Shown here in pieces: positions 34,511 through 46,641 of a stretch of DNA of 64,000 nt (within the stretch, counting starts at the first letter, position 1; every line of letters begins with the position of its first letter). The notes under the pieces were generated by a model that saw only the letters and a list, made by a program, of their open reading frames with translations, had not been told where the DNA came from and made no database searches. The translations under genes and the position numbers were made by a program. Origin of the DNA: Carcharhinus amblyrhynchos. Lineage: Eukaryota. The stretch covers positions 51,150,001 through 51,214,000 of the forward strand of contig OZ336877.1 in assembly GCA_965287045.1 (NCBI GenBank), given 5' to 3'.

Positions 34511-36174
34511 TAATCTCTAGTCTTGCTAGAGGTCTTGCATCCATTCTCTTGATTGGCACTTTCAATACAAGTTAGAGTCCAAGTACCAATCTTAAATCAT
34601 TACCTATGCTACTTGGTATTTTAAGATACTAGATCATATGTTTCATCAATTTTCATCTAAGTAAAGAACTTCTGTGATTTTCTCTTCTTAACTAGGAACC
34701 ATTTAGACCTGCAGTTATTCTTATCATCCCCCTCTGAACTTAGGTTGATCCATGCGAATGAAACAGAAGTAATCATACTGCAATGTGGCATGGCCTGGGA
34801 GCAGGGGCGGCAGGGTTCGTATGGGCGACGACACCTTTTAACCTTACTTGTCAGAAGGGTCCCAAAGGGTTCACGACTCCTGAGGTGCAGGAGTCCTCCA
34901 AAAACTTGCCCTACTCCTTGAAAGTAGCACTGAGGTTCTAAAATACCCATCCTGCAATGATGTAGACAAGGGTAGGTTGGCTAAGTGCAGGCTTGCTACC
35001 TGCAGATTTCTCCTGGCACCAGAAAAATGCCCACACAGGGAAATGGAGTGTGAATCCCAAATTGGGTCCCACCTGCCATTTTTAAAACTCCCTTGTCTTT
35101 GTGCTGGCATGGACAGATGCATGAGAATCCAGGCCCATGAGTCACTGCCCTCAAGGCCAAGGCTATCTCTCACTTTCAGTTGTTATTGGTGAATTCTTAA
35201 TTGGCCAGTTAATTTGCTATTGCTTTTCTTAGGGCTGTTTCTGGCGTTTCCCGCTGGTAAAGCTAAGGAAAGAGTTATGAGGAAATTCCCAGATCTAATC
35301 TTCTGAAAATCCAAGTAAATTGTCTGAACAGTGTCTACCAACTTGTCTGGCTATTTCCTTCAGGGATCCAGTAGGTGCTTCTAAATCCATGCTGACCTAT
35401 TATTACCTGAAAACTGATAATGTGCAGAAAATGCTCCGTATGTGGGCGCTCCCACCTCTACCATTTCAGCATACTGAATAACGTACAGCCGACCAATTAG
35501 TGGCTAGCTGGTGGGACTGCCAGATAATGAGCGTTGTGAAAGGGAGATCTGCACCCAACCAGGCATCTAGGGTAGGAAATCCAGCGAGAGAGGGGTTAAG
35601 CTGTGATCCACTTCCAGTCACCAATTTAAAGGCCTCCTATCCTCTCACTCTCTCCTTGATTGTTCCGCCAGTCAATAAAAGAAGAACAAAAAAGGTCTTC
35701 TAAAGGCCAAATCCTGCCACCTTCAACAGCAGACTCTGCTGTTACAAGCTACCACATTTGCATGCCTTTTAATCTACACTGGTGCCACCTGTATCCTCGT
35801 ACCTGGCATAACTCACACCTATATCTCTGCATCGTGCATCTCTACATCATGATAACTCATGCCTAACATGTTTCCAGTAAAATTGGTAATAAATAGAGTA
35901 GGAAATGAACAATTGCAGTTGATTGGCTTTCAAACTCAACAGCTTGTTAATTGCTTTCCACTCTCCCCACACCAATAGATCAAGTGGATTTCCAGTTTCG
36001 GAACCCAATCACCTTCCAAGTTGTCAGAGACTTGGCGGGACAATGTCAGATTGTTGACCCAACATCATCATGCCATATTTTACTTCAGTGGAGGGGATGC
36101 CTCACCTGATTTGCAGCCATAAAATGCAGCCATAGGAAACTTCTAAAAGCACAAACTTCTTGAGGACTTTAGGA

Positions 36175-36620
36175 TGTAGTTGTCTGATTCCTGGGATGAC
36201 GGGGTTAGTTTCTGAGGAAAGGCCTATACTCATTGGAGCTTAGGAGAATGAGGAGTGATCTTATTGAAGCCTATAGGATCCAGACAAGGTGGATGCTGAG
36301 AGGATGTTTTCCCTTCTTGAGCAGTCTAGAACTAGGAGCACAGTTTAAAAATTAGGATTCTCCTATTTAAGGCCAGGATGAGGAGAATTTGTTTCTCTCA
36401 GCCGATCTGTGGAATTCTCTCACCCAGACAGCAGTGCAGGCTGGGACACTGAATACATTCAAGGCCGAGTTAGATTTTTGATTGACGAGGGGGTCAAAGG
36501 TTACTGAGGGTCAGACAGGAAAGTGGAGTTGAAACCACAATCTGATCAGCCATGATCTTACTGATTGCAGGAGCAGGCTCAAAGGGCCGAATGGCCTACC
36601 CCTGCTCCTAATTCTTGTGC
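36175..36620 (+). mobile_element. Degraded CR1 3' end
   Basis: tactcattggagc..tgtggaattctct..gatcagccatgatctta..gggccgaatggcctacccctgctcc. Confidence 0.85.
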
Positions 36621-37462
36621 ACACATGGACTTCAATGCTCTTCAGCATTTTCACAACAGTTGGCTCTCAGCACTGGACTAGTATTGAACGTCAGACCGGA
36701 TTATGTGCTCAGCTCTGAAGTGAGATTTGAAGCCACACAATCTCACTTGGAGGTTATACTGGTGTTGCTGAAACACGAATGACACCTAAATAATTCACAC
36801 CACACATCTATTACTTCCCCTTATTCCTTTCTCTACACTTCCACATAAATAGTTCTTTTGCAACTTCAGAGCGCATTTCCTTAGTAAATCCCTCTTGCTG
36901 CTGTCTATAACTTAGTTTCTATTGACATTTTATCTTTTTTAATGCTCATTAGAGTTATCTCCAACTGAATTTTAAATAGCCACTTGTACTCACAAATCTG
37001 TATTACTGCTATTCTTAAAATTCTGCTTATTTCTCAGGTGACTTTTAATCTGTTTCTTCAGTAACTGCATGATGGGTTTTGTTTGCTTTCTCTGATGAAT
37101 GCATTTTCTTTTCAAATTCATTAGAATAGTCTTAAAAAGCTATGTAGCGTGTAGAAATCAGAATGTTAATTCCTAACACACAAGAATATATAACAACACT
37201 ACACCCATTGCTATTTTATTTCTAAATGAGAAAATGTGGACCAGTGTGTCAACCCCTCATAATGTATTATGCTTAAGAGGCAGCGCAGTTCATCTAATAG
37301 TAAATTAGTAATTATCTTACAGCATAAATCACGATGGGAATACATTTTGTTCTGAAAAGGGCAATAAGCTCTCCAGCTTATATTTCAAATAATGATGCAT
37401 TTCAATTTCCAGTTCTGAAACCAAAAAAACTCCTTGACTGAGATACGTTTTAAACCGCTTAC

Positions 37463-37663
37463 AGTCATAAGTAGCTTCTCCACACAATCAGGTGCCACAC
37501 TGTGCAAGTGGGTCAGGTGGAGCTGTAGATGAATCTTGTTGCTGAGCACATCCTGACAGAGAGGGCAGCAGATGACTGGCTGCATGGAATGCTGGGACAT
37601 GACATGCATCTGGATCCTGTTTCCATCCTTACTGTTATAATTGCAGTAGGGGCACTGGTACAG
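37463..37663 (-). CDS. ZFHX4: ZFHX4 internal exon, 201 nt, two C2H2 fingers ([25 protein letters not shown]...[36 protein letters not shown])
   Basis: Splice sites gttacag|CTG ... ACT|gtaagc, 67 codons, phase 0-0, with clear C2H2 motifs. Confidence 0.96.
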
Positions 37664-38290
37664 CTGTAACCAAAGAATATTTAGTAAAATTTATATTAAA
37701 ACCTGGTGGTATATAGCACGCAAGGTTTCTCTGTTCTGCTTTTTAAGAATGCCATATCATTTCATTTTGCATGAGAAATTACATTTATAAAACATGAAGT
37801 TAAATTGAATATAATGTTTATTCCCAAATACAACATTTATTCCCAAAAACAACTATTGAATTCCCAGGTACAATTTTATTCCTTCATGTCAGCAGGGTCA
37901 GCTTTATAACAAAGAAAAGTTGATTAGTCACATTGTCCTTTTTAACAGTAAGATTTCAAATAGTTTTATCCATTTTTAGTGAAAAATTAGACTTTTTTAT
38001 ATCTGACGCTATTTTCAATGCTCTCAAATGGATCCTGTTTACACTGTCGGCATTTCTCATATCCATTTCAAAAATTAAGCCAATTTGCCTTTAAGTGATG
38101 TTTGTAATAGAAAACGTCAGGTCAAAACACAGCAAAGGTAATTCTAGACAGTTTGAATATTTTTAAATGAACCTTTTTACAAATAATTTGCTGCAAAATT
38201 TTTTGGCGAGCAATTCATTAAGGAAAACTGATAAAGAAAGTAGACCAGAAGAATAAGACAACGAATAAAAAAATCCCTTTCGTCTCTCAC

Positions 38291-38424
38291 CTGCTCCTGG
38301 CAGGGTTTGCTGCCTCCAGCTGACCGAGGTCTCCTGGAAGTAAGGTCATCATCTGCCCCCTGCGGCAGTTGGCGGTCTCCCACTACAGAGCTTTCTTGAG
38401 GTTCTGTACATTGTGCAGTTGTTC
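38291..38424 (-). CDS. ZFHX4: ZFHX4 internal exon, 134 nt (GTTAQCTEPQESSVVGDRQLPQGADDDLTSRRPRSAGGSKPCQEQ)
   Basis: Splice sites ttcttagcag|GA ACA ... CAG|gtgaga, phase 1 to 0, open frame, compatible with both neighbours. Confidence 0.88.
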
Positions 38425-39004
38425 CTGCTAAGAAAATATGACTTATCAGTCTATTAATGTGTAAACTGCAATTCAGCAAACAGAAACCTGTTATGTCCTT
38501 CACTTTCTAAAACTGTTTAGATTCAACTCATCATGTAAAGAGGCCAGCTTTCTAACGTTGCCATTTTCTTCCAAATATATTCCCAGGAATGCAAGCAGTT
38601 CTTTTTAACCTACATTATAGCAACCAGCCTGTCACACTGTTTTATCCACCACTCGCCATTTCTGGGGAAAGGAAGAAAACAGCAGCGAGGTAGCAGAATA
38701 AATCAAAAGATTCCTCTTTGAATTCAAGAAATTAATTTATCTTAATGCATAAATAGTGCTCACAATATTTATTTGATGTTAAGCTCTACTGGTTGGTGTC
38801 TGGATAGTAGGTTTTAAGCACCTCCTACTGGTTTGACAGAGAAACTCTGTTGTCTGAAATCATCAGAACTCCTTATTATGGGCTGAGATTACAGAAGAAT
38901 GTGTCACCCCTGTATTTAATAATTGCTTATCTCGCACTGACAGTACAACATTTTGGTAATTCAAACCACTACTGAACTAGTTTTGATATTTTCGGAAATA
39001 ATAT

Positions 39005-39126
39005 TTCAAGGAGTTGGACACTTTAGGAACTTTCAAGTGGTTATTGGATAGGCACATGGAGCACACCAGAATGATAGGGACTGGGATAGCTTGATCTTGA
39101 GTTTGGACATAGCTTGGCACAACATT
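39005..39126 (+). mobile_element. Short CR1-type 3' fragment
   Basis: ttggataggcacatgga..cttggcacaacat motifs of the CR1 3' end. Confidence 0.5.
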
Positions 39127-39754
39127 GTTCTATCCAAATTAATTTGTGAGACTTAGAGCTACATTACTGGTTCAAGGTGACAGTAATGTTCAATGATGAT
39201 GAAAAACATACTGAATTTTAAACTTTAAAAGAAAATACCATCAGTCTAAATATTTTATATATATTTGAATCAAAGAACAAGTGAGAGCATAACATTGAAT
39301 TTTAACCCAAGAAATTCTTCGTGTTGCATAAGTTTACTCAAAGAATAGGAAAAACAGGCCAATATAGTAAACTTAATAATTGCTTCTGAGCTATTTAGTT
39401 AACTTCTTGTTAGCTTGGAAAATTAATCAATACTACACTTTAATGAGCTCAGCAATTTGGATTTCAATCAGGTTCAGTTCAGAACACTGCGTTTGATATA
39501 TAAACAGCTGCCAAAATCTTGCTGAGGGGTGCGTTCAACAGGAAGCTCCATTGACAATGATGGAACCACAAGATCCCACTGCTGCAGAACATGTTGTGGA
39601 GACGGAGAAAAATCCCACCCAATAACATGTGTTTTTATGTTCAAAATAGTATTAAATCTTTATATCTGTTGTGCATTTCTAAATCCCAACTATTGGTCAT
39701 AATTTTTTTAGTTGAATAACAAAGGTTATGCTATTGCACTCATAAACTTAATTA

Positions 39755-41760
39755 TTTTTTCATTGATGGGTTATGGGCATCAATGGTATGGTCAGCATGT
39801 AATGGACATTCCTAATTATCCTTGAAAGGGGGATGGTCAGCTGCCTTCTTGAACTATGAGAGACAGAGTGGTGAAGGCGGGAGTTCTAATATTTTGACCC
39901 ATTGACAATGAAGGAACAACAATGTATTTCCAAGTTGGAATGGTATGTGACTTGGAGAGAATCTTTGAGGAGGTGTTTGTGTTCCTGAGTGCTTGACGGC
40001 CTTGCTCTTCAAGATTGTTGACATCATGAGTTTGGGAAGTGCTGTTGAAGAATCCATGGCAATTTGCTGCAGTGCATCTTGTAGATGGTATATGTGCAGT
40101 CATGTGAGTGGACAGAGTGAATGCTTAAGGTAATGGATGGGATGCCAGTCAAGTAGGCTGCATTGTCCCGTACATTGTTGAGCTTCTTGTGTGTTAATGG
40201 AGTTGTACTCAAAGTTAGATGAGGGTATTCCATCACACTCTTGACTTGTAAATAGTGCAAAGGTTTTGGTGAGTCAGGAGATGAATTATTCACTGCGGGA
40301 ACCCAGCCTTGGACCTGCGCTAGTCACTGCAATATTTATGCAGCTGGTTCAGACATGTTTTTAGTTAATGATGATCTTCAGGATATTGATAGTGGGGAAT
40401 CTGATAGTGCTGATGCTTTTGAACGTCAAGCAGACATACTTATTCTCTCTCATTGGAGATGGTTATTACCTGGCACTCACGTGACGCAATGTGACCTATG
40501 ACTTATCAGCCCAAGCGTGAATTTGCCCAGGTATTGCTGCATGCAGCCATGGACTGCTTCATTATCTAAGAAGCTGCAAATGTAACTGAACATTTGTGTA
40601 ATCATCAATGATCATCCCCACTTCTGACATTATGACGGAGGGAAGGTTATTAATGATCTGAGGAACTGCAATTATAGCTTAGGTGATTAACCTCCCACAA
40701 CCATAACCATCTTCCTTTGTGCAAGGTATGACTCCAACCAGTGGTGAGTTTTCCCCTCATTTCCACTGACCTTAATTTAATCAGAATTCCTTGATGCTAC
40801 ACTCAGCCAAAAGCTGCCTTGGCGCCAAGGGTAGTCACTCTTGCATCACCTCTTAAATTCAGTTCTTGTCCATGTTTGGACCAAGAATGTAATGAGGTCT
40901 GGAGCTGGTTAGTCAGATGAAACTCAAACTGAGCATTGTAGAGCAATGGCATCATTGTTGGTGATATCTGTCATCAATGTGCTGATAACTGAGAGTAGAC
41001 CAATGGCATAGTAAATAGCCAGAGTAGATTTGTCTTGCTTTTGTGCACAGAGCATGCTTCGGCAATATTCCACTTCTTGAGAAGATGCCAGTGTTGTAGC
41101 CGTGCTGAAATAGCTTGGACAAGAGCATGGCTAGTTCTGCAGCTATATCTTAAGAAGTATAGTCAGCATGCTGATAGAGTCCTAGCTTGTTCTGTATCCA
41201 GTATGCTCAGCTGTTTCATAATATCCTGTGGAATTAATCAAATTGGCTGATGACTGGCATCAACCATAGTGGGGACTCGAGGATGAGGTTGGAATGAATT
41301 ATCCACTCGGAACTTGCGCTTCAGTTGTATTTTGCACTTGTGCGTTGGACTCTGCTATCATTGAGGATGGCGATGTTCATGGAGATTCCTCCACACATTA
41401 ATTTTTAAATTATCGATCACCATTTACAGTTGGATGTCGCAGGACTGCAAAGCTTTGATCTGATTGTTGATTGTGAGATTGTTTAGCTCTGACTGCAGCA
41501 GGCATGCAGTCCTATACTGTAGCTTCACCAGGGTGACATCTCATTTTTAGCTGAGCAAAATGCTGCTCCTGGCACGCTCTTTTGCATTTTTTATTGAACC
41601 ACAGTTGCTCCCCCTAGCAAAAGTAGAGGGAGTTCTACACTGGGCAATGAGGTTACAGATTATGGTGGAATACAATTCTGTTAATGATGAGGGTCCACAC
41701 TGCCTCAGAGATGCTCAGTTTTGAGCTGCTTATCTCTGTTCTGAAACTTTCCTCTAGTCC
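39755..41760 (-). mobile_element. Degraded LINE (~2 kb), same family as 1-1580
   Basis: The reverse complement matches 1-1580 (QVKSVME, aggagtgcag/ccatccac region, RT segments), with many stops. Confidence 0.85.
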
Positions 41761-41907
41761 AGCAGAGGTGCCTCCTAACCTGAGAGAGGGTATTCTCAGT
41801 GTGAAGGTGAGACTTTGGCCGGAATGTTATGGCCATTCACGACGGCAGGATTTTCCCATCCCGCTGCAGTGAACGGAGATTTGGCTGAGTGCCAGATTCT
41901 ATTTTGC

Positions 41908-42168
41908 AGTGGGTTTGCAATCACATATAGGTCAGACCAGGAAAGGAAGGCCAATTTCCTTCCCTGAAGAACATTACTGAACCAGATGGATTTTACAACG
42001 ATTTGATATTTCAACGATCATGAGCAAGGATCTAAGCTTTTTATTTCAGATTATTCTGATATGAATTTAAATTTCCTAATTGCTATGGTGGGATTTTAAC
42101 TTATGTCTCGTATCATTTATCTAGGCTTCGACTCACTGGTCACATAACATACCCAGTATGCTACCGTA
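41908..42168 (-). mobile_element. tRNA-type SINE, family of 9616-9963
   Basis: ggtcagaccagg..atttccttccct..cattactgaaccagat is the reverse complement of 9795-9850. Confidence 0.7.
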
Positions 42169-42195
42169 TATATGGTAAATCTGTGCTACCTGTGA

Positions 42196-42481
42196 TAAGT
42201 TTATGTTTATTATTAGTATCACAAGTAGGCTTACATTAACGCTGCAATGAAGTTACTGTGAAACACTCTGATGCCTGTTCGGGTACACAGAGGGAGAATT
42301 TAGCATGACCAATGCACCTAACCTGCACACCTTTCAGACTGTGGGGGCACCCAGAGGAAACCCACGTAGACACAGGGAGGATGTGTAGACTCTGCTCAGA
42401 TAATAACCCAAACCAGGAATTGAACCTGGGTCCCTGGGGCTGTGAGGCAGCAATGCTATCCACTGTGCCACTGTACCGCCC
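42196..42481 (-). mobile_element. V-SINE (HE1-like head and core) with a different 3' tail
   Basis: It has the same head and V-domain as 4134-4435, but the tail is cacagtaacttcattgcagc..aataataaac. Confidence 0.82.
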
Positions 42482-45400
42482 TACAATACAAATACCTGGA
42501 ATGAATCTCTAGCCTGCTTTTTGGCACAAAATAGAAAAAAAAGCACATTAGTTTCAAGAGTGCAATGCTGATCTTACAGCCTATCATAGTATTCTTTCCA
42601 AAATCAAATTGCTGGATAATCTTTTATTTGAATCTGGATATTACACCGATGTTGGGTAGGCATGTCACATACATCTCATGGCAAACAGAAAAGCTCATTT
42701 ACCAACCTTTACAATCTCATCCCTGCTCAGCATCTGATATTTTCTTCAGCTTTTTATTATAAGCACTTTTAATTTTAACTTTCAATGTTCACCACCTTCC
42801 AGCCAGTTTGAAACTCAATTATTGTGAAGCTGGGAACAGCATCAGTGGACAACTGCATCCCGTAATGCAATGAATATGAACAATCGATAGGCACCAGATA
42901 CCAATATAAAATATATATAAATATGGATATAAAAAGAATATACTATGCGATGAACACACAATAAATTTAAATGAAACACAGGAGAGTGAAGCCATTTTAA
43001 ACAGATGACACTATGTAAATCCTAATATATCTAAATTATTCCAATTGCATGTTCTTAGAAAGGTCTTCATGACAAGAGCTATCATTAGTAGAGAAAAAAA
43101 TCATACCTATCTTTTTGTCTGCAGACAAATACTTTTACTTCATAAATGCTATCTTTTGACAAGCAAGTCCTTAAGCAGTGCATATTACATTTATGGCTGA
43201 CATTTAATTTTTATTAACATTATGGTTAATACTCAGCTTTAGAGCTTGCTGTCACATTCCTTAACACAAAATTGTTTCTGCTTATGTATGTATTCTGACC
43301 TCATTTTATTTTCACCTCTAACAATAATGCACTATTCTAAGTAGCTGCCACATGATATTTCTCAGATTGACACAGGTTCTTCATGATCCTGGTTGCTTGG
43401 TCAATTACAACAAAACAAAATGCACTGTGTGATATTTGCACAGCAAGAATCCAGTCTACAAGTCAGGCAATTAACCTGGTTGCTGATTGCTGCTGTCTGA
43501 GAGATTTGATTATCAAAAATAGCCCTGACATTGCTTATCTACTTGAAGATAATGTGGCACTATTAACGTAGAATCATCTAGTTAGTATACAGTTCCAATT
43601 GTTATCTTGTGGGCACAAATAAAACACATTCGTCTATTACATCTTATATCCAAATGCTTACTCCTTAAATTATTTCTGTGACTTATGTCCAACATCTCAA
43701 CTATCATTGTTTGAGCTTTTTCTTCTGAGTAATAATCGGTGCTGGAATAGCCACAAGCATTAAAATGCTCAGTGATACAAAGGACCAAATAATCCTAATA
43801 TAGTATCTGGAAACCAATGCAAAGTGTTTCTAACAGGATTATTGCTGAACAGATGATGAGAGCATCCAAAGTGAGAGAATCAAACAATCTCTTTAAGTAC
43901 CTAAAAGAGAGAAGACAAATGAGAAAGAACAATCTGGGGGCCACTTGGCTAAAACACTCCTGAAGCAAAGAACTGAAGATATGAAACAGAAGTACAGGAC
44001 TGTTAGTTACTTCTGTTCAAGGGTGACATTACCACTGCCCTTAGGTACATTTTTGAAAATCATATTAAGATTTGCTTATTACTACCGTTTTGTAATACTG
44101 ACCCATTATTAACATAATCATGAACTTATAGATACAATTGACAGCACAATGTATAGTTAATATATCAAAACCACGCCTCCTTGCAACTTAATTATAAGAC
44201 AGCTAAGAATATTTTAAAATCTGAATATTAAAATATTATTTTGAATCTTGTGAGTGATGATGTTTGGAATACTTCAACCCAGAAGAGAAGTGCCTTTGCC
44301 TCCGACAAGCTGAATGCATTAACTACATTTACAGCATCACAAATTTCATATTTACATAGTATTTACCTCATGCAACAAAGAGGCTTTAATTTAATACTTT
44401 GTGCAACATTCTTGGCTTTCAAAAATGCAAATAGGCTCTTTTGTTTTTAACCTACAAATATTAAACATTCCGTACAGTTCAGATGCTGACTGTAAAAATA
44501 TAGAGATTTTCTGATCCTCAGAACGTTTATTAATCCACGAAAATACAGAAATACTAAATCCAAAACATTGTTTGAATGTGAATTTTAGTATTAACTCCCT
44601 AATACAGTCCATCATTAGTTTATTGGCTTCAAAAATTTTAAACGACTGCAGTTAAGTGAAATACAACAGCAAGTGTAGTGCTTTTCCATTGTATTTTACA
44701 TCTCTTGTCATTGATATGAAATACAGAGATGGAAAAGTAGGTTAACCATTGCTGACCCATGGTTCAAATGGCAGCATTTTAATGTCAAACTAAGTCATGC
44801 GTCAAGCCCAAAGCTCAAACTTTGCACTAGCATGCCTACAGTTGGATGAGAATATTTTTAACAGTATTTTACAAAGCCTTTGATTGGCCACAAAGAAACT
44901 TAGGGAAAAAAATTAGATTTGTCTTCATAAGTTCTGTGTCCTTGATGTCTTAGTTTTAATTCAATGCATCAAGAATTAATGTTTCACTTCTTAGCACATG
45001 CCTAAATTATTTTTAAATAATAAAAATATATTAATGTTTCTGAATAAGGAATGCTTGCTCACAAACTAAGATATGTCTGTTGGTAATTTTGCTTGGAATA
45101 ATTAAGGTAAATTTACATCTTACTTGTGTAAACTGTATTATGAAAACTGTTCCCTTAATCCCTGTCAGAGACACATTACATCAATGTATTGCAGGATTAA
45201 TCTGGAGTTTATCCAGATTAATACATTTGCATTGAAAATGCAATTCTGATTATAATTAATCTAAAGTGATGCTAGATTAAAATGCCAATATAAATGAGAT
45301 ATTGGTGAGTTCTGCTTCACCAGATGAATTTTCAGCCCAATAAAAGCTGCTTGAACTCTGCTTCCTGATTATTCCACTGTACCATTTACTGAGATAAACT

Positions 45401-46521
45401 TATGCATTCAACAACATAGTGACACAAGTGCTCTAATGCTAAAAACAAGATGACAAGGTTTAGCTCCTCATTGGGTTCTATTTTAGAATATGGCATAATC
45501 TGAAAGGATTTTGAAACTGTCCAAATTTAATTGAAAAAAGTGAAAATCTATGTGGCGCATGTCAATTTGGCCGAAATTGAAACTGCCTTGTTGCAGTTGT
45601 GTCAATAAAGTTACCACTTAGTAAATGCTTACTAAACTTCCCTTTTTGATCTTTACGTAAGGCAGCGGTGTTCCTTTTTATCCCTCAAATAAAAAAGTTT
45701 ATTTATTTTCAGACTCATTTTTGAGCTGATGTGTCTTCTGGATATAAAAGGACATCGAGTTACCTGGAGTCAATAGTTTTTAAACCTATTTCAGCGCTTT
45801 GGCTTCACTGCAGTCAACATAATTTAACCACCTTGCGTGCTGTAAAGGCAGCTCACGTAATATTAATTTTTGACCACAGTTTTCTCCTTGATACAAAAAT
45901 CAAAAAAATACAAACTTAGACGACAAAAAGCAAATCATGCATCCTGCAATATCCGCCAAATAAAATAGAGAACAGAGGCTGTGGTATTTATACCAGATGC
46001 TGGTTTTATACAAGATGCGATTATAGGAGTACAACTTCTGCAAAAAGCATTAATTCAGAATTTATTGCTCAGGTAGAGAAGGCTGCTTTGTATTACTAAG
46101 GAAAATGACTAAAAAATAAGTAGGCTGAAAGGCCTCTGGTCAGTGATACTGATATGCCTCACCATAATGGAAAAAATACATGATTGGTATCTAATCCTGG
46201 GCTTAAACAAAATTAATATGTCATCAGAGGAATCACAAGTACAGCAAAGATTAATGAAAGGCGCTTAAAATTACAAGCACGCAAACTTATTTGATTAAAA
46301 AATAATCTCACTGGCCATTCTGTAATATTCTTCAACTTATCCGCATCTATCCTGTCAGATGGTTATGATTAAAAGTAGGTCAGCGTGAGGCTACTGATAG
46401 AAATCACATGTAAAACACACATGTGACGAATATAATTGAGATGGGGGAGGGGAACTGTGCAAATAATTTTAAGATCAAAGAAAATTTAATATGGAAAAAT
46501 GACAAAATCTACAAGTATTAC

Positions 46522-46641
46522 CAGAGTCTTTGTTAGACTTCTTGTTTTCTTTGTTGTCTTTTTCAGTTTTGTCCTTGTTATCAGGAGCACCAGCTGAAAC
46601 AGTGGTTTTACCAGGGCCTTCAGAGTCTTCACTTTGCTCAT
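46522..46641 (-). CDS. ZFHX4: ZFHX4 internal exon, 120 nt (xEQSEDSEGPGKTTVSAGAPDNKDKTEKDNKENKKSNKDSG)
   Basis: Splice sites ttaattgcag|AT GAG CAA AGT GAA ... GAC TCT G|gtaata, phase 1-1. It matches the EQSEE..EG...KNSNKDSG segment of ZFHX4 from memory. Confidence 0.9.
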
